A stretch of DNA of 64,000 bases from Bacillota bacterium (GCA_012839445.1 DUNI01000171.1:3800-67799), one strand, 5' to 3'; positions 1-10,107 are shown, counted from the stretch's first letter. Program-made: numbers and translations. Notes: generated from the letters alone by a model not told the origin.

Positions 1-183
1 TCCTAGATCCTGTTCGTAATCAAAATCAGCTGTATCAAGGGGTGTGTAAAGCCTGTCTACAGGAGTTCCGGATAAGGTGAGAAACTCTTCCTTTCGTTCC
101 GGAAAGCGGGCTACAGCTTTGGCCACCGGACCTTCTTCCCAAGCTTTCTTGGCACCACCTACCTGTTTTAGGTCCGTAGTCAT
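1..183 (-). CDS. B12-dependent acyl-CoA (methylmalonyl-CoA) mutase family, N-terminal fragment running off the window edge
   Basis: Not in the ORF track (under 60 aa visible). Hand translation from ATG 183 gives MTTDLKQVGGAKKAWEEGPVAKAVARFPERKEEFLTLSGTPVDRLYTPLDTADFDYEQDLG. The pattern ERK..F.T.SG....LYTP.D...DY..DLG matches the conserved mutase N-terminus. The start lies 3 nt after the upstream stop, with SD-like GGAAGGTGAG. Confidence 0.6.
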   Translation of the reverse strand, partial: MTTDLKQVGGAKKAWEEGPVAKAVARFPERKEEFLTLSGTPVDRLYTPLDTADFDYEQDLG

Positions 184-186
184 CTT

Positions 187-741
187 TTACTCACCTTCCC
201 TTTGGAGTAGGTTTTTTGCTGACTCATACCCAGCTGCCAATGCTTTTTTGTTGAGATCTTTTGTGTGAGGCGGCACACGGTCAAGGACAGCTGTTTCCAA
301 GGATTCCCTAGTAACAACATTGGTAACTCCGGCAATGACGCCCAAAGCTACAATATTAGCGACGATGTTACGGCCAACTTCTGAGGTGGCTATTTCTGTA
401 ATAGGCACAGAGTACATTTTGCCTGAAAACTCTGGAGGATTCTTGACATAACCGCTGTCCAGAACAAGAACTCCATTGGGCTGTGTATTGCCAGCGTACT
501 TATCGCATGCTTGCTGACTCATGGCTAAACATAGATCAGCCTGACCCACTTTAGGGTAATCTATTTCTTCACTGGAGATAATTACCTCTGCTTTACTGGC
601 TCCGCCTCGAGCTTCTGGGCCATAGGACTGGCTTTGAACAGCGTTTTTGCCATCTAAGATAGCGGCTTCCGCCAAAATGATGCCAGCTGTGATAAGCCCT
701 TGACCACCAAAACCACTCAGGCGTAGTTCAAGTTTTTTCAA
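187..741 (-). CDS. 2-oxoacid:ferredoxin oxidoreductase, gamma subunit
   Basis: 184 aa with N-terminal LSGFGGQGLITAG, typical of OFOR gamma. TTG start overlaps the beta stop (TTGA), with GGGGGA 7 nt upstream. Confidence 0.85.
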   Translation of the reverse strand: MKKLELRLSGFGGQGLITAGIILAEAAILDGKNAVQSQSYGPEARGGASKAEVIISSEEIDYPKVGQADLCLAMSQQACDKYAGNTQPNGVLVLDSGYVKNPPEFSGKMYSVPITEIATSEVGRNIVANIVALGVIAGVTNVVTRESLETAVLDRVPPHTKDLNKKALAAGYESAKNLLQREGE

Positions 742-1568
742 TTGATATCCCCCCTGGCCTTAGCGATGACATCCGTTTCGTACACCGCTGTATACTCCGG
801 AGCTTCTTCTCGATGCAATTCGCCGATTAAGAATTTCCCGGCCATCTGCTCGGGACTTAACTTGGCTGCTGCTTTTACAGGAACAGCGTGCTCTTGTTGC
901 CATTTCAGCATATCAACAGGCGAGGGGAATTTATTTCTGCGACCATAATACATGGGGCATTGGGTAACTACTTCAATAAAGGCAAATCCCTTATGGTTTA
1001 ATCCGGTAGCAATGAGATTAACTAACTGCCGAGCATGATATGCAGTACTCCGAGCCACATAAGTTCCTCCAGCTGCTTGTACCAACTTGCAAAGATCAAA
1101 GTTGCGGTCGATAGAACCATAAGGAGCTGTGGAGGCATAACTATGAGCCGGTGTTAATGGAGAGAACTGTCCGCCGGTCATACCATAAATACTGTTGTTA
1201 AACACCACCACAGTTAAATCAATATTGCGGCGGGCTGCGTGAATCAGGTGGTTGCCACCGATAGCGGAGCAATCCCCGTCACCGGTGAGTACAACAACAT
1301 TAAGATCTGGACGAGCAAACTTGACGCCGGTGGCATAAGCTAGCGCACGTCCGTGAGTGGTGTGAAGTGTATCGAAGTTCATGTAACCGGGTGCCCGGGA
1401 CGAGCAACCGATACCGGAGACGATAACGGTTTTGTCTTGATCAAAATCTGTTTTGTCCAGGGCACGGATTACTGCCCCCATAATAATACCATTGCCGCAG
1501 CCGGGACACCAAATATGGGGCAGCTTGTCAACACGGCAGTAACGGTCTACTAAGTCCTTAACGGACAT
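738..1568 (-). CDS. 2-oxoacid:ferredoxin oxidoreductase, beta (TPP-binding) subunit
   Basis: 276 aa with WCPGCGNG and the LTGDGD..GGNH TPP motif. Confidence 0.9.
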   Translation of the reverse strand: MSVKDLVDRYCRVDKLPHIWCPGCGNGIIMGAVIRALDKTDFDQDKTVIVSGIGCSSRAPGYMNFDTLHTTHGRALAYATGVKFARPDLNVVVLTGDGDCSAIGGNHLIHAARRNIDLTVVVFNNSIYGMTGGQFSPLTPAHSYASTAPYGSIDRNFDLCKLVQAAGGTYVARSTAYHARQLVNLIATGLNHKGFAFIEVVTQCPMYYGRRNKFPSPVDMLKWQQEHAVPVKAAAKLSPEQMAGKFLIGELHREEAPEYTAVYETDVIAKARGDIN

Positions 1569-2715
1569 TGTTGGTCACCTCCTGGGCACGAACGATAATG
1601 TCTTCTGGGGTAATTAATTCAGCATCAATACGGTTAAGTCCGAAAACAGGTGCACGACCGGCTGCTATACGTTCTACTTCCAATATCATTTGACCTAAAT
1701 TCATCTCAGCAACTATCAGCGCTTTGGCTGTTTGGGCAACGCTATCTATAGCTTCCTCTGGGAATGGCCAGGCGGTTATAGGCCTGACTAATCCTAGTTT
1801 AATGCCTTGGGCACGAGCTTCCTTGACTGCTGCTCGGGCAGAACGAGCCACAGAACCAGCAGCTACAATTACTATTTCAGCGTCTTCTGTTTGGAATGTT
1901 TCAGCACGGGCAATCTTGGGTTGCCGTTGTTCCACTTTAGCTTGGAGTCTACGTACGAGAGTATTGCCGTCCGCTCCCTTTCCACAGGGAAACCCTGTTT
2001 CATCATGCACTAGTCCAGTAGCATGGAACCGATAGCCATCGCCGTAGGCCGGCATAGGTGGTACTAGATTGGCCGCAGGCTTATAAGGTAGGAAAGTATC
2101 GGGACTTTCAGTTGGCTTTACGCGGTTAAACAATTCAACATCCTCTGCTGCCGGGAGTTCTACACGTTCACGCATGTGACCGACAACTTCGTCTAGTAAG
2201 ATGATAACGGGGGTTCTCAATTCTTCAGCTAAATTTACGGCTTCAACAGTCAGATCAAAGGTTTCTCGTACAGAAGCGGGCATCAGTGCTACTACTGGAT
2301 GATCACCATGGGTTCCCCAGCGTGCTTGCATAATGTCGCCTTGAGCTGGCGATGTTGGCAATCCTGTACTGGGGCCGTAACGCTGAACATTTACAACAAC
2401 ACAGGGTACTTCGGTCATGGCAGCGAACCCAATATTCTCTTGTTTCAAAGAGAAACCGGGACCAGAAGTAGCTGTCATGGACTTAAGTCCAGCTAATGAT
2501 GCGCCGATTACGGCACCCATGCTGGCTATTTCGTCTTCCATTTGAATGAACCGACCACCTATTTTAGGGAGCTCCTCAGCCAAACCTTCAGCTACTTCAG
2601 TTGAAGGAGTAATTGGATAACCGGCAAAGAAACGGATTCCGGCAACAAGGGCTCCTTGAACGCAGGCTTCATTTCCAGAAAGAAGTTGCGCTTTACACTT
2701 AGTTTTTGCCGCCAT
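1558..2715 (-). CDS. 2-oxoacid:ferredoxin oxidoreductase, alpha subunit
   Basis: 385 aa with N-terminal GNEA...GYPITPSTE, typical of OFOR alpha. ATG preceded by GGAGGG at 7 nt. Confidence 0.9.
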   Translation of the reverse strand: MAAKTKCKAQLLSGNEACVQGALVAGIRFFAGYPITPSTEVAEGLAEELPKIGGRFIQMEDEIASMGAVIGASLAGLKSMTATSGPGFSLKQENIGFAAMTEVPCVVVNVQRYGPSTGLPTSPAQGDIMQARWGTHGDHPVVALMPASVRETFDLTVEAVNLAEELRTPVIILLDEVVGHMRERVELPAAEDVELFNRVKPTESPDTFLPYKPAANLVPPMPAYGDGYRFHATGLVHDETGFPCGKGADGNTLVRRLQAKVEQRQPKIARAETFQTEDAEIVIVAAGSVARSARAAVKEARAQGIKLGLVRPITAWPFPEEAIDSVAQTAKALIVAEMNLGQMILEVERIAAGRAPVFGLNRIDAELITPEDIIVRAQEVTNNVR

Positions 2716-2917
2716 GCTGTTTCCCTCCTACACTGATGGCCAAATCAGGACACCTTAGCTCACATAGGCCGCAGCGGGTACATGCCTCTGGATTTTCTAC
2801 TAAAGGTTTCCCATCCTCACGAGCCACCAGTACTTTTGCTGGGCAAAAGGCGATACAGATGCCACAACCTTTGCACCATTTTTCATTGAGCTCAATACGA
2901 GCAGGTTCACTGTTCAC
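2699..2917 (-). CDS. 2-oxoacid:ferredoxin oxidoreductase, delta (2x[4Fe-4S] ferredoxin) subunit
   Basis: Two CxxCxxCxxxCP motifs (CKGCGICIAFCP, CTRCGLCELRCP). The track starts at 2971, but GTG 2917 has GGGGAG 6 nt upstream and removes the overlap with the regulator gene. Confidence 0.8.
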   Translation of the reverse strand: MNSEPARIELNEKWCKGCGICIAFCPAKVLVAREDGKPLVENPEACTRCGLCELRCPDLAISVGGKQHGGKN

Positions 2918-2937
2918 AGTGCTCTCCCCTGCCTTTC

Positions 2938-3972
2938 TTAGGTCTTGTTTTTTAGATCCATTAGGTAGCAATGTAACATATTTAGGGAACCTTGATCAAT
3001 TCGATACAGAAGTTCTATTATTTCCTTACAATCTCTTTCTTGTACCAAGCTTAACACCTCTGCTGCCCGTTCGCTGCTTACGGCAATGGCATCGGCCTTA
3101 GCTATAATAGAATCCAAACTTGTACTGTTTTCTGTACTACGCACAATGTTAAGGCCATTTATGCCAGAATGGTGAAGCGACTTCTCTACCTTAGAGGCAA
3201 AGGCATCACTACTGGTTATAAGAGCCAAAGTGCTGTTTTTTGGTAGCCGGGCAATCTGGACAATAGTCTCCAATTCCAAATCTAAGGCTACCCCCAGTAC
3301 TGACGTAGCAAAAGGTTGCAGAAGGTGTTGTAGCTCATCAACTTCCGGAAAGGTGGTAACCACTAAGTCGAAGCTAGCCAAGGTTTCCTGTACTGCTTGA
3401 GGATTATTCCTTATTTCCTGCATAAAGAAGGGTGCAATCTTTACACCTGTTTGTGGCAAAAGCTCGCGTTGGAAATAGGAAATTTGCTCTTGAGATGTAC
3501 CTACGAAAGCTAGATTAACAGCTGCCAGAGATTCTTTTTGTTCTAACGCTCTGGCAGTAGCAAGACTCAGAAAATCATCGGGACCAAACCCGAGCTTGGC
3601 TGCCTCTCCCAGTGCCAAATCAATAACTTTTAGCAGGCGACTTTTACGTCCTGGTTTCTCTTTTTCTGAACTGTCTCCAGCAACAAAAGTTCCCCGGCCT
3701 TGCAATGAGACAAGAAGACCTTCTATTTCCAATTCTTTATAAGCAGCACTGACTGTGTTACGGCTGATTCCCAAAGATGCTGCCAATTCACGTTCCGTTG
3801 GAAGCTTGAATCCGGGCTCCCATACTTGAGCAGAAATAAAGGTGCTTATCTGTTGCTTAAGCTGAATATAAAGGGGAATACCACTTTTATGATTCAGGTC
3901 TAGGCCTGGATTTTTTGCTGCCATGTCTTTCACATCCCAAAACTGTTCTGGCACCATATTGCAATGGAGCAA
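2938..3972 (-). CDS. GntR-family transcriptional regulator with a roughly 240 aa C-terminal effector-type domain
   Basis: GntR winged-HTH signature LPTERELAASLGISRNTVSAAYKELEIEGLLVSLQGRGTFV. Start uncertain: TTG 3972, ATG 3957 or ATG 3924. Confidence 0.8.
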   Translation of the reverse strand: MLHCNMVPEQFWDVKDMAAKNPGLDLNHKSGIPLYIQLKQQISTFISAQVWEPGFKLPTERELAASLGISRNTVSAAYKELEIEGLLVSLQGRGTFVAGDSSEKEKPGRKSRLLKVIDLALGEAAKLGFGPDDFLSLATARALEQKESLAAVNLAFVGTSQEQISYFQRELLPQTGVKIAPFFMQEIRNNPQAVQETLASFDLVVTTFPEVDELQHLLQPFATSVLGVALDLELETIVQIARLPKNSTLALITSSDAFASKVEKSLHHSGINGLNIVRSTENSTSLDSIIAKADAIAVSSERAAEVLSLVQERDCKEIIELLYRIDQGSLNMLHCYLMDLKNKT

Positions 3973-4353
3973 TCAATGGTGCCAATTGGAACAAAAAACA
4001 ACACACACTTTCGATATCTACTACTGATTTAATACCTACACACTGACTCTACTACAAGTTTTTGACCAATTGACATCGGATATCTGTCGGTACCACTTAG
4101 CTAGCCTGTAGGTCGATGCCTGTTCGTAGTTACATCGTTTTCCATATATCTTTTGCTGGTTAGAGGTTGGTAAAACACGCAATAGGTCTGGCCAAATGGT
4201 ACTTAAATATAGTGTATAGCCTTCATCCCTCCTCTACTTTTCATAAGTGGCACTAAGGATAGATCCATAGCACTAGAATGCCACTAATACTATGTTCGTT
4301 ATTTATCGCTGAAATCCTGCTAAATCATGGCTATAATCTAAATAAAAGTTTTT

Positions 4354-5061
4354 TTAATTCAAGAGTCTTGTAGGCGCAATTATTTCAATGGGTTGGTCGT
4401 GGTCTGATAATGTTAATTCAATTAGTAGCATGTCTTTATCATTACCAATATTGTTAGGGTTACTGCCGAACAGCATTAATCGTTCTACCTGGTAACTAGG
4501 TATTCTTACCCAACTTTCTAAATAGAAATCCGAAAAAAATATTTCCCAATAGGGATTGGTGATGTTTTCCAAGTTTGTCCTTATACCGTAGAAACCGGGA
4601 GTGTTTGCGTGTTCCAATGTTAACAACTGGAAGTCTTGTGCTGCCATGAAGTCGGCAATAGGGCTGGTTGTGAATAGAACGGCCTCGCTAACTAAGCTTG
4701 GAGCAGCAGGTGTAGTTTTCCATTGTTTGTCTGCAGGGTCGAGAAATATTAGGCGATTATTAATGTGATAGAGTTCAAGCTCATAGTCGTAACTGGTACC
4801 TTTAAGATAATAAGTATTAGGGTGTATAAACTCACCGGAGATGGTGCTCACAATCCGATCTTGGCCGTCAATGACAGTGCGAACTGATAACTGAAAACGG
4901 TAACTGGAAGTTTGCGCCAATTTAGCTTGAGCTTGTAGAGCCAGAAAGTTAGGATCTGGAGTTATTGGCTTAATGAAGTAAAAGAAACCAAACAAGAGAA
5001 CTACAGTTGATGCCAGTATCCCCACAACATAACAACGGTGCATTTTGACTAAAGGATACAT
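4354..5061 (-). CDS. hypothetical membrane-anchored protein, family not recognised
   Basis: 235 aa ORF with one N-terminal hydrophobic helix (VVGILASTVVLLFGFFYF). Noticeably AT-richer than its neighbours. Confidence 0.5.
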   Translation of the reverse strand: MYPLVKMHRCYVVGILASTVVLLFGFFYFIKPITPDPNFLALQAQAKLAQTSSYRFQLSVRTVIDGQDRIVSTISGEFIHPNTYYLKGTSYDYELELYHINNRLIFLDPADKQWKTTPAAPSLVSEAVLFTTSPIADFMAAQDFQLLTLEHANTPGFYGIRTNLENITNPYWEIFFSDFYLESWVRIPSYQVERLMLFGSNPNNIGNDKDMLLIELTLSDHDQPIEIIAPTRLLN

Positions 5062-5109
5062 GTTCTTCCCCCCTTCTCCTGGAACAATGTATTGTTCCAG
5101 GCCCGGAGT

Positions 5110-5931
5110 TTAGAACCGGCACCTTCTTTTTAGGGATAAGACAACTGTTTCATTCACCACACGAGCTCCTAGATTGCGACAATGACAATCATCACAGTGA
5201 AAGTCACTCCCACCGGTAGGAATAAGATTTCTTTCTTGTGCGATCTTTTGAAGAATGTTAGTTATTTCATCAGTGTGGTCTGGATGGAAAACTTCAATCC
5301 CTTGCCAGTTTAGCTCCAGCAACTCAGGTAAATAAGAGGGTTTGGCCAGAATGCCAGGATGAGCCAGTACGGCGGCTCCGTTACTGTCATGAATTAGTTG
5401 TATGGCTTCCTGAGGTGATAACCTATATCGAGGTACATAAGCCGGTCGGTCTTGTTCTAAATAACATTCGAAGGCTTCTTGAACCGATTGTACGTAACCA
5501 GCGCTTACTAATGCTCGTGCAATGTGGGGTCTGCCAACAATGCCGCCTTTCAAATGGTTTAAAACCTGGTCCCAACTAAGGTGCATGCCAAGGCGATTAA
5601 GTTGCCTTAGTATTTCCCGAGCTCGCTGATGGCGAGCTTGGCGCAATTGCTCTATTGTTAAACGAAATTCGTCTCGATCGGGCTGGATAAAATAGCCCAA
5701 TATATGTACTTCGCTGTTTTTATATTGTGTGCTAAGCTCAATTCCGGGCACGATTGTTACGCCATGAATTGAACCTGCCACGTGTGCCTCTGGCAGGCCA
5801 TCCACAGTATCATGATCAGTCAGAGCAAGGGCTGTGATTCCCTTGGATGCTGCTTTGGCTACAATACTACTTGGTGTGAGCTCGCCATCTGATGCTGTAC
5901 TGTGTACATGTAAATCGGCTACAAGACTCAC
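5110..5931 (-). CDS. PHP-domain phosphoesterase (TrpH/YciV-like)
   Basis: 273 aa with N-terminal DLHVHSTASDG and later LTDHD, HP and GSDFH metal-ligand motifs. Confidence 0.85.
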   Translation of the reverse strand: MSLVADLHVHSTASDGELTPSSIVAKAASKGITALALTDHDTVDGLPEAHVAGSIHGVTIVPGIELSTQYKNSEVHILGYFIQPDRDEFRLTIEQLRQARHQRAREILRQLNRLGMHLSWDQVLNHLKGGIVGRPHIARALVSAGYVQSVQEAFECYLEQDRPAYVPRYRLSPQEAIQLIHDSNGAAVLAHPGILAKPSYLPELLELNWQGIEVFHPDHTDEITNILQKIAQERNLIPTGGSDFHCDDCHCRNLGARVVNETVVLSLKRRCRF

Positions 5932-6018
5932 TTATGTTCCTCCTGTTTTTAGGCTAGTTTACCATGCGGCTAATTAAGGGTGCTGCGATCAATTTCGTCG
6001 GGGTGTGCTAGTACCCAT

Positions 6019-6864
6019 TTACTTTTGGGTCAGAGTGCGATAGAGTCGTTCAATACGCAGAGTGTATCCCGTGACGGGATCAATGTCAGCCCAAACTCCC
6101 ATTATGTCCACGTCACCCTTTGCCAAGTGAAAGCGTGCCGGAAGTTGTGTAATAAATCGCTGGATGATTATGTCACGATCTACTCCTAGCACTCCATCAC
6201 GTGGACCGGTCATCCCTATATCTGTTATGTATCCTGTTCCATGCGGGAGAATGCGGCTATCCGCTGTCTGAACATGGGTATGTGTGCCAAAGACCAAACT
6301 AGCACGCCCATCCACATACCAACCGAAAGCTATTTTTTCTGAAGTAGCTTCGGCATGAAAATCAATGATTACTATATTAGATTGTTGCCTAATTTCCGGT
6401 AGCAAAGAATCGACAACACGAAAAGGACAGTCCAAAGGTTCTAAAAATGTGCGACCGGCCAGATTGACTACGGCCACCTTAAGATCATTATGCTGCCAAA
6501 TAGTCCATCCGCGACCTGGTGCACCGGGTGGATAATTAGCTGGCCTAAGTAACTGCTTCTCTTGGGACAAAACAGAGTATATTTCTCGTTTTTTCCAAAT
6601 GTGATTGCCGCTGGTAATGATGTCTACCCCTGCTTCCCAAAGCTCATGGGAAACATGTTCGGTTAGTCCAAATCCTCCGGCTGCATTTTCCCCATTGGCA
6701 ATAACCAGATCCAAACCTAGCTCTTCCCGAAGTCTAGGCAACTCTGTTTTTAGGGCTTTTCGCCCAGGTTTTCCAACTATATCGCCTATGGCTAGGACCC
6801 GCACTTCCCGTTCCCTCCCTAATGCTTTGCCAATTGTTTTGTACCTGATGAAAGTATTATTCAA
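6019..6864 (-). CDS. ymdB: YmdB-type metallophosphoesterase (2',3'-cyclic-nucleotide phosphodiesterase)
   Basis: VLAIGDIVGKPGR, NGENAAGGFG and GNH motifs. Sits directly downstream of rny, as in Bacillus. Confidence 0.88.
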   Translation of the reverse strand: MNNTFIRYKTIGKALGREREVRVLAIGDIVGKPGRKALKTELPRLREELGLDLVIANGENAAGGFGLTEHVSHELWEAGVDIITSGNHIWKKREIYSVLSQEKQLLRPANYPPGAPGRGWTIWQHNDLKVAVVNLAGRTFLEPLDCPFRVVDSLLPEIRQQSNIVIIDFHAEATSEKIAFGWYVDGRASLVFGTHTHVQTADSRILPHGTGYITDIGMTGPRDGVLGVDRDIIIQRFITQLPARFHLAKGDVDIMGVWADIDPVTGYTLRIERLYRTLTQK

Positions 6865-6888
6865 GACAAAAGTAGGCTGAAGATCAGC

Positions 6889-8487
6889 CTACTTAGCATA
6901 CTCTACAGCCCGTGTTTCACGTATTACGTTGACCTTGATTTGTCCCGGATAATCCAACTCACTTTCGATTCTATGAACGACATCTCTAGCTAAACGCACA
7001 GCACCCAGGTCATCAATCTTATCGGGCTTAACCATAATCCGGACCTCTCGGCCTGCTTGGATAGCGTAAGATTTATCTACACCTTCAAAGGAACCAGCAA
7101 TGCCTTCCAGTTTTTCAAGACGCTTGATGTAGGCTTCTAAAGTCTCGCGTCTTGCTCCAGGGCGTGCGGCTGATAAAGCATCAGCAGCTTGAACCAAAAC
7201 AGCTTCTGCAGTTTCTGGTTCTATGTCACCATGGTGAGCTGCTATAGCATGCACCACTTCCGGTGACTCACCATATTTTTTGGCTAAATCTGCCCCTATA
7301 GATACGTGGGGACCTTCCATCTGATGGTCGACAGCTTTTCCAATGTCGTGTAGAAGCCCTGCTCTTTTTGCAAGTGCGATATCAGCTCCTATTTCGGCAG
7401 CCATAATGCTAGCCAAGTAACTGACTTCCATGGAATGTTTGAGCACATTTTGTCCGTAACTGGTACGGAATTTCAACCGTCCTAACAGTCGAATTAGTTC
7501 AGGGTTAACATTGTTGACGTTGGTTTCAAAGGCAGCTTGTTCGCCTTCCTCACGAATCCTGCTATCGACTTCTTTTTGAGTCTTTTCTACCATTTCTTCA
7601 ATACGAGCTGGGTGAATTCTACCATCAGCAATGAGTTTTTCCAGAGCTACCCGAGCTATTTCTCGACGTACAGGGTCAAACCCGGAGATAATGACTGCTT
7701 CCGGTGTATCGTCAATTATTAAATCCACGCCGGTCATGGTCTCCAGAGCGCGGATGTTTCTACCTTCACGCCCGATAATGCGACCTTTCATTTCATCATT
7801 AGGTAGAGTCACTACTGATACTGTGGCTTCAGCCACATGGTCAGCAGCACAACGCTGAATAGCTTGGCTAATAATGTCACGAGCACGCTTGTCTGCTTCC
7901 TCTTTAGCTTCTGTTTCAATGTTCTTAATGAGTATTGCCACTTCGTGACGGATGTCATTTTCAACATTAGCCAAGAGGAGGTTACGTGCTTCGTCAGAGG
8001 TTAGGCCCGAAATGCGCTCTAACTTCTGCAATTGCTCTTGATAGGTATGCTCCAGCTTCTCTTTTATAGTCTGCATAGACTTATCTTTCTTGTCTAGAAG
8101 CTCTTCTTTCTTTTCGATGCCTTCCAGTTTGCGATCCAAGGTTTCTTCTCGTTGGACCAATCGGCGTTCCAGACGCTGTAGTTCCGCACGGCGTTCCCTG
8201 TGTTCCCGCTCTAGCTCTTGGCGTACGCGGTGGGCTTCCTCTTTCGATTCTAACCGTGCTTCACGTTTCCTGGCTTCGGCATCTTTTTTTGCTTCTTCCA
8301 CAATGCGCCGAGCAGCTTCTTCGGCAGAAGCTATTCTAGCCTCGGCAATATATTTGCGTGCGGCATAACCTATAAAAAAAGCCAAAAATGCTATGCCAAT
8401 AGATAATAGTGCAATTTGGTAGGTATTGATAATGCCTTTCACCTCCTTCATGTAAAAGAAGCCGAGTGTAAACTCGGCCACAGGCAT
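6889..8487 (-). CDS. rny: ribonuclease Y
   Basis: N-terminal TM helix, long charged coiled coil, KH domain ([15 protein letters not shown]) and HD domain (LLHDIGKA). ATG 8451 is an alternative start. Confidence 0.95.
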   Translation of the reverse strand: MPVAEFTLGFFYMKEVKGIINTYQIALLSIGIAFLAFFIGYAARKYIAEARIASAEEAARRIVEEAKKDAEARKREARLESKEEAHRVRQELEREHRERRAELQRLERRLVQREETLDRKLEGIEKKEELLDKKDKSMQTIKEKLEHTYQEQLQKLERISGLTSDEARNLLLANVENDIRHEVAILIKNIETEAKEEADKRARDIISQAIQRCAADHVAEATVSVVTLPNDEMKGRIIGREGRNIRALETMTGVDLIIDDTPEAVIISGFDPVRREIARVALEKLIADGRIHPARIEEMVEKTQKEVDSRIREEGEQAAFETNVNNVNPELIRLLGRLKFRTSYGQNVLKHSMEVSYLASIMAAEIGADIALAKRAGLLHDIGKAVDHQMEGPHVSIGADLAKKYGESPEVVHAIAAHHGDIEPETAEAVLVQAADALSAARPGARRETLEAYIKRLEKLEGIAGSFEGVDKSYAIQAGREVRIMVKPDKIDDLGAVRLARDVVHRIESELDYPGQIKVNVIRETRAVEYAK

Positions 8488-8550
8488 GCCATACTATGGA
8501 AACTCACTTTCCACGAGAATATAGTCAAGCATACTTAAGCCTACGAGTTT

Positions 8551-8579
8551 ATTGTAAGTTAACGTGTTCGCATTGTCAA
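8551..8579 (-). promoter_or_regulatory. sigma-A-type promoter of rny
   Basis: TTGACA, 17 nt spacer, TACAAT. Confidence 0.65.
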
Positions 8580-8596
8580 GAAGCGCCAGAGCAGGG

Positions 8597-9082
8597 TTAT
8601 ATCAGTTCCCTCAGACATCGATTTATGCATTCTAACTCAAAACCACGCCGTAAAAGAAATGCTCCTAGACGGGCTCGTTTTTTATAGTTGTCAAGGTCTG
8701 GTGGGAGCGACGCCAGTTTTCTCTTGGTTTCTTCAACACAAAGTTGCTGTACACTTTCCATGCTAATGGAACTCATGACTTGACCGATTATTTCAGGTGC
8801 AATGCCTCGTTGCTGTAGACGAAGCTGCAACCGTTTAGGGCCAAGCTTTTTTTCATGAAGGCAGCGCTCCACCTCACGTGCAGCCAGCTGAGTATCATCG
8901 ACGTAACCGTACTCTTTTAATAGTTCCACCGTGTTTTTGCACACGTTCGTGTCAAAACCTTTCTGCTGAAGACGTTGCATAAGCTCCGCCTGGCTATACC
9001 AGCGGCGACTTAATAACTTGAAGGCATGGCTTTTGGCAGCTGCCAAAGAATCAGGGTCTTTAGTAGGAACAATCTTGAACAT
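8597..9082 (-). CDS. recX: recombination regulator RecX
   Basis: 161 aa helical-repeat protein immediately after recA, with N-terminal A...AFKLLSRR..S..EL typical of RecX. Confidence 0.8.
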   Translation of the reverse strand: MFKIVPTKDPDSLAAAKSHAFKLLSRRWYSQAELMQRLQQKGFDTNVCKNTVELLKEYGYVDDTQLAAREVERCLHEKKLGPKRLQLRLQQRGIAPEIIGQVMSSISMESVQQLCVEETKRKLASLPPDLDNYKKRARLGAFLLRRGFELECINRCLRELI

Positions 9083-9084
9083 GG

Positions 9085-10107
9085 CTATTCCTCCGGTTGG
9101 TCCTTAGACTCTTCCTTTGATGTACCAAGGTTGAATGCTTCCCGCACTTTAGTCTCAATCTCCTGGCACATTTCGGGATTATTAAGTAGAGATTGGCGGG
9201 CATTTTCTTTACCTTGTCCAAGACGTTCCCCTTGATATGAGAACCAGGAACCGCTTTTATCAACTATTTCCTGCTGGACAGCAAGTTCGAGGATGCTGCT
9301 TTCTCGGGAAATACCTTCTCCGTAAATGATATCGAACTCGGCCTGCTTAAAGGGTGGTGCCACCTTGTTCTTTACTACCCTTACTCTTGTCCTCGTGCCG
9401 AACACATCGTTGCCACGCTTCAGCCACTCTAGCTTTCTAACATCCAGGCGGATCGAAGCATAGAATTTGAGAGCTCGCCCCCCGGTGGTGACTTCCGGAT
9501 TACCGAACATGACTCCAACTTTTTCGCGAAGCTGGTTAATAAAGATAGCGGTTGTGCGAGATTTACTTATGACCCCTGCCAGTTTTCTGAGTGCTTGTGA
9601 CATGAGTCGAGCTTGCAGACCTACGTGAGAGTCGCCCATATCACCCTCGATTTCGGCTCGGGGCACCAAAGCTGCTACCGAATCGATAACAACAATATCA
9701 ACAGCACCGCTTCGTACAAGAGCTTCGGCAATATCTAAGGCTTGTTCTCCGGTATCGGGCTGGGAAATTAATAGATTATCGGTATCAACCCCTAGGTTAT
9801 TAGCATAAATGGGGTCAAGAGCATGTTCGGCATCGATGAAGGCCGCTGTACCACCTAGTTTTTGCGCTTCGGCTACCATATGCAGAGCTACTGTAGTTTT
9901 TCCTGAAGACTCAGGACCAAATACCTCCACAATACGGCCCCGGGGAATCCCTCCAATTCCTAACGCAATATCAAGACTTAGGCATCCAGTGGGAATTACA
10001 TCGAAGCTCATTCTTTCGGCAGCTTCACCTAACCGCATTACAGCACCTTTGCCAAATTGTTTTTCAATTTGATGGAGTGCTACCTCCAATGCTTTTTCTT
10101 TTTCCAA
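9085..10107 (-). CDS. recA: recombinase RecA
   Basis: Walker [10 protein letters not shown] and [15 protein letters not shown]. The track starts at TTG 10137, but TTG 10107 follows AAGGGGG and avoids overlap with thpR. Confidence 0.97.
   Translation of the reverse strand: MEKEKALEVALHQIEKQFGKGAVMRLGEAAERMSFDVIPTGCLSLDIALGIGGIPRGRIVEVFGPESSGKTTVALHMVAEAQKLGGTAAFIDAEHALDPIYANNLGVDTDNLLISQPDTGEQALDIAEALVRSGAVDIVVIDSVAALVPRAEIEGDMGDSHVGLQARLMSQALRKLAGVISKSRTTAIFINQLREKVGVMFGNPEVTTGGRALKFYASIRLDVRKLEWLKRGNDVFGTRTRVRVVKNKVAPPFKQAEFDIIYGEGISRESSILELAVQQEIVDKSGSWFSYQGERLGQGKENARQSLLNNPEMCQEIETKVREAFNLGTSKEESKDQPEE

Noticed and set aside
77-268. 63 aa plus-strand ORF at the left edge.
   Set aside because: It lies antisense to the mutase start and the end of the OFOR gamma gene, and the minus-strand reading gives recognisable proteins.
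8561-8573. CGAACACGTTAAC in the rny promoter spacer, considered as a LexA (Cheo) box near the recA region.
   Set aside because: Only the CGAAC half-site matches CGAAC-N4-GTTCG. It also lies upstream of rny, not recA. No better box was seen upstream of recA, thpR or cinA.
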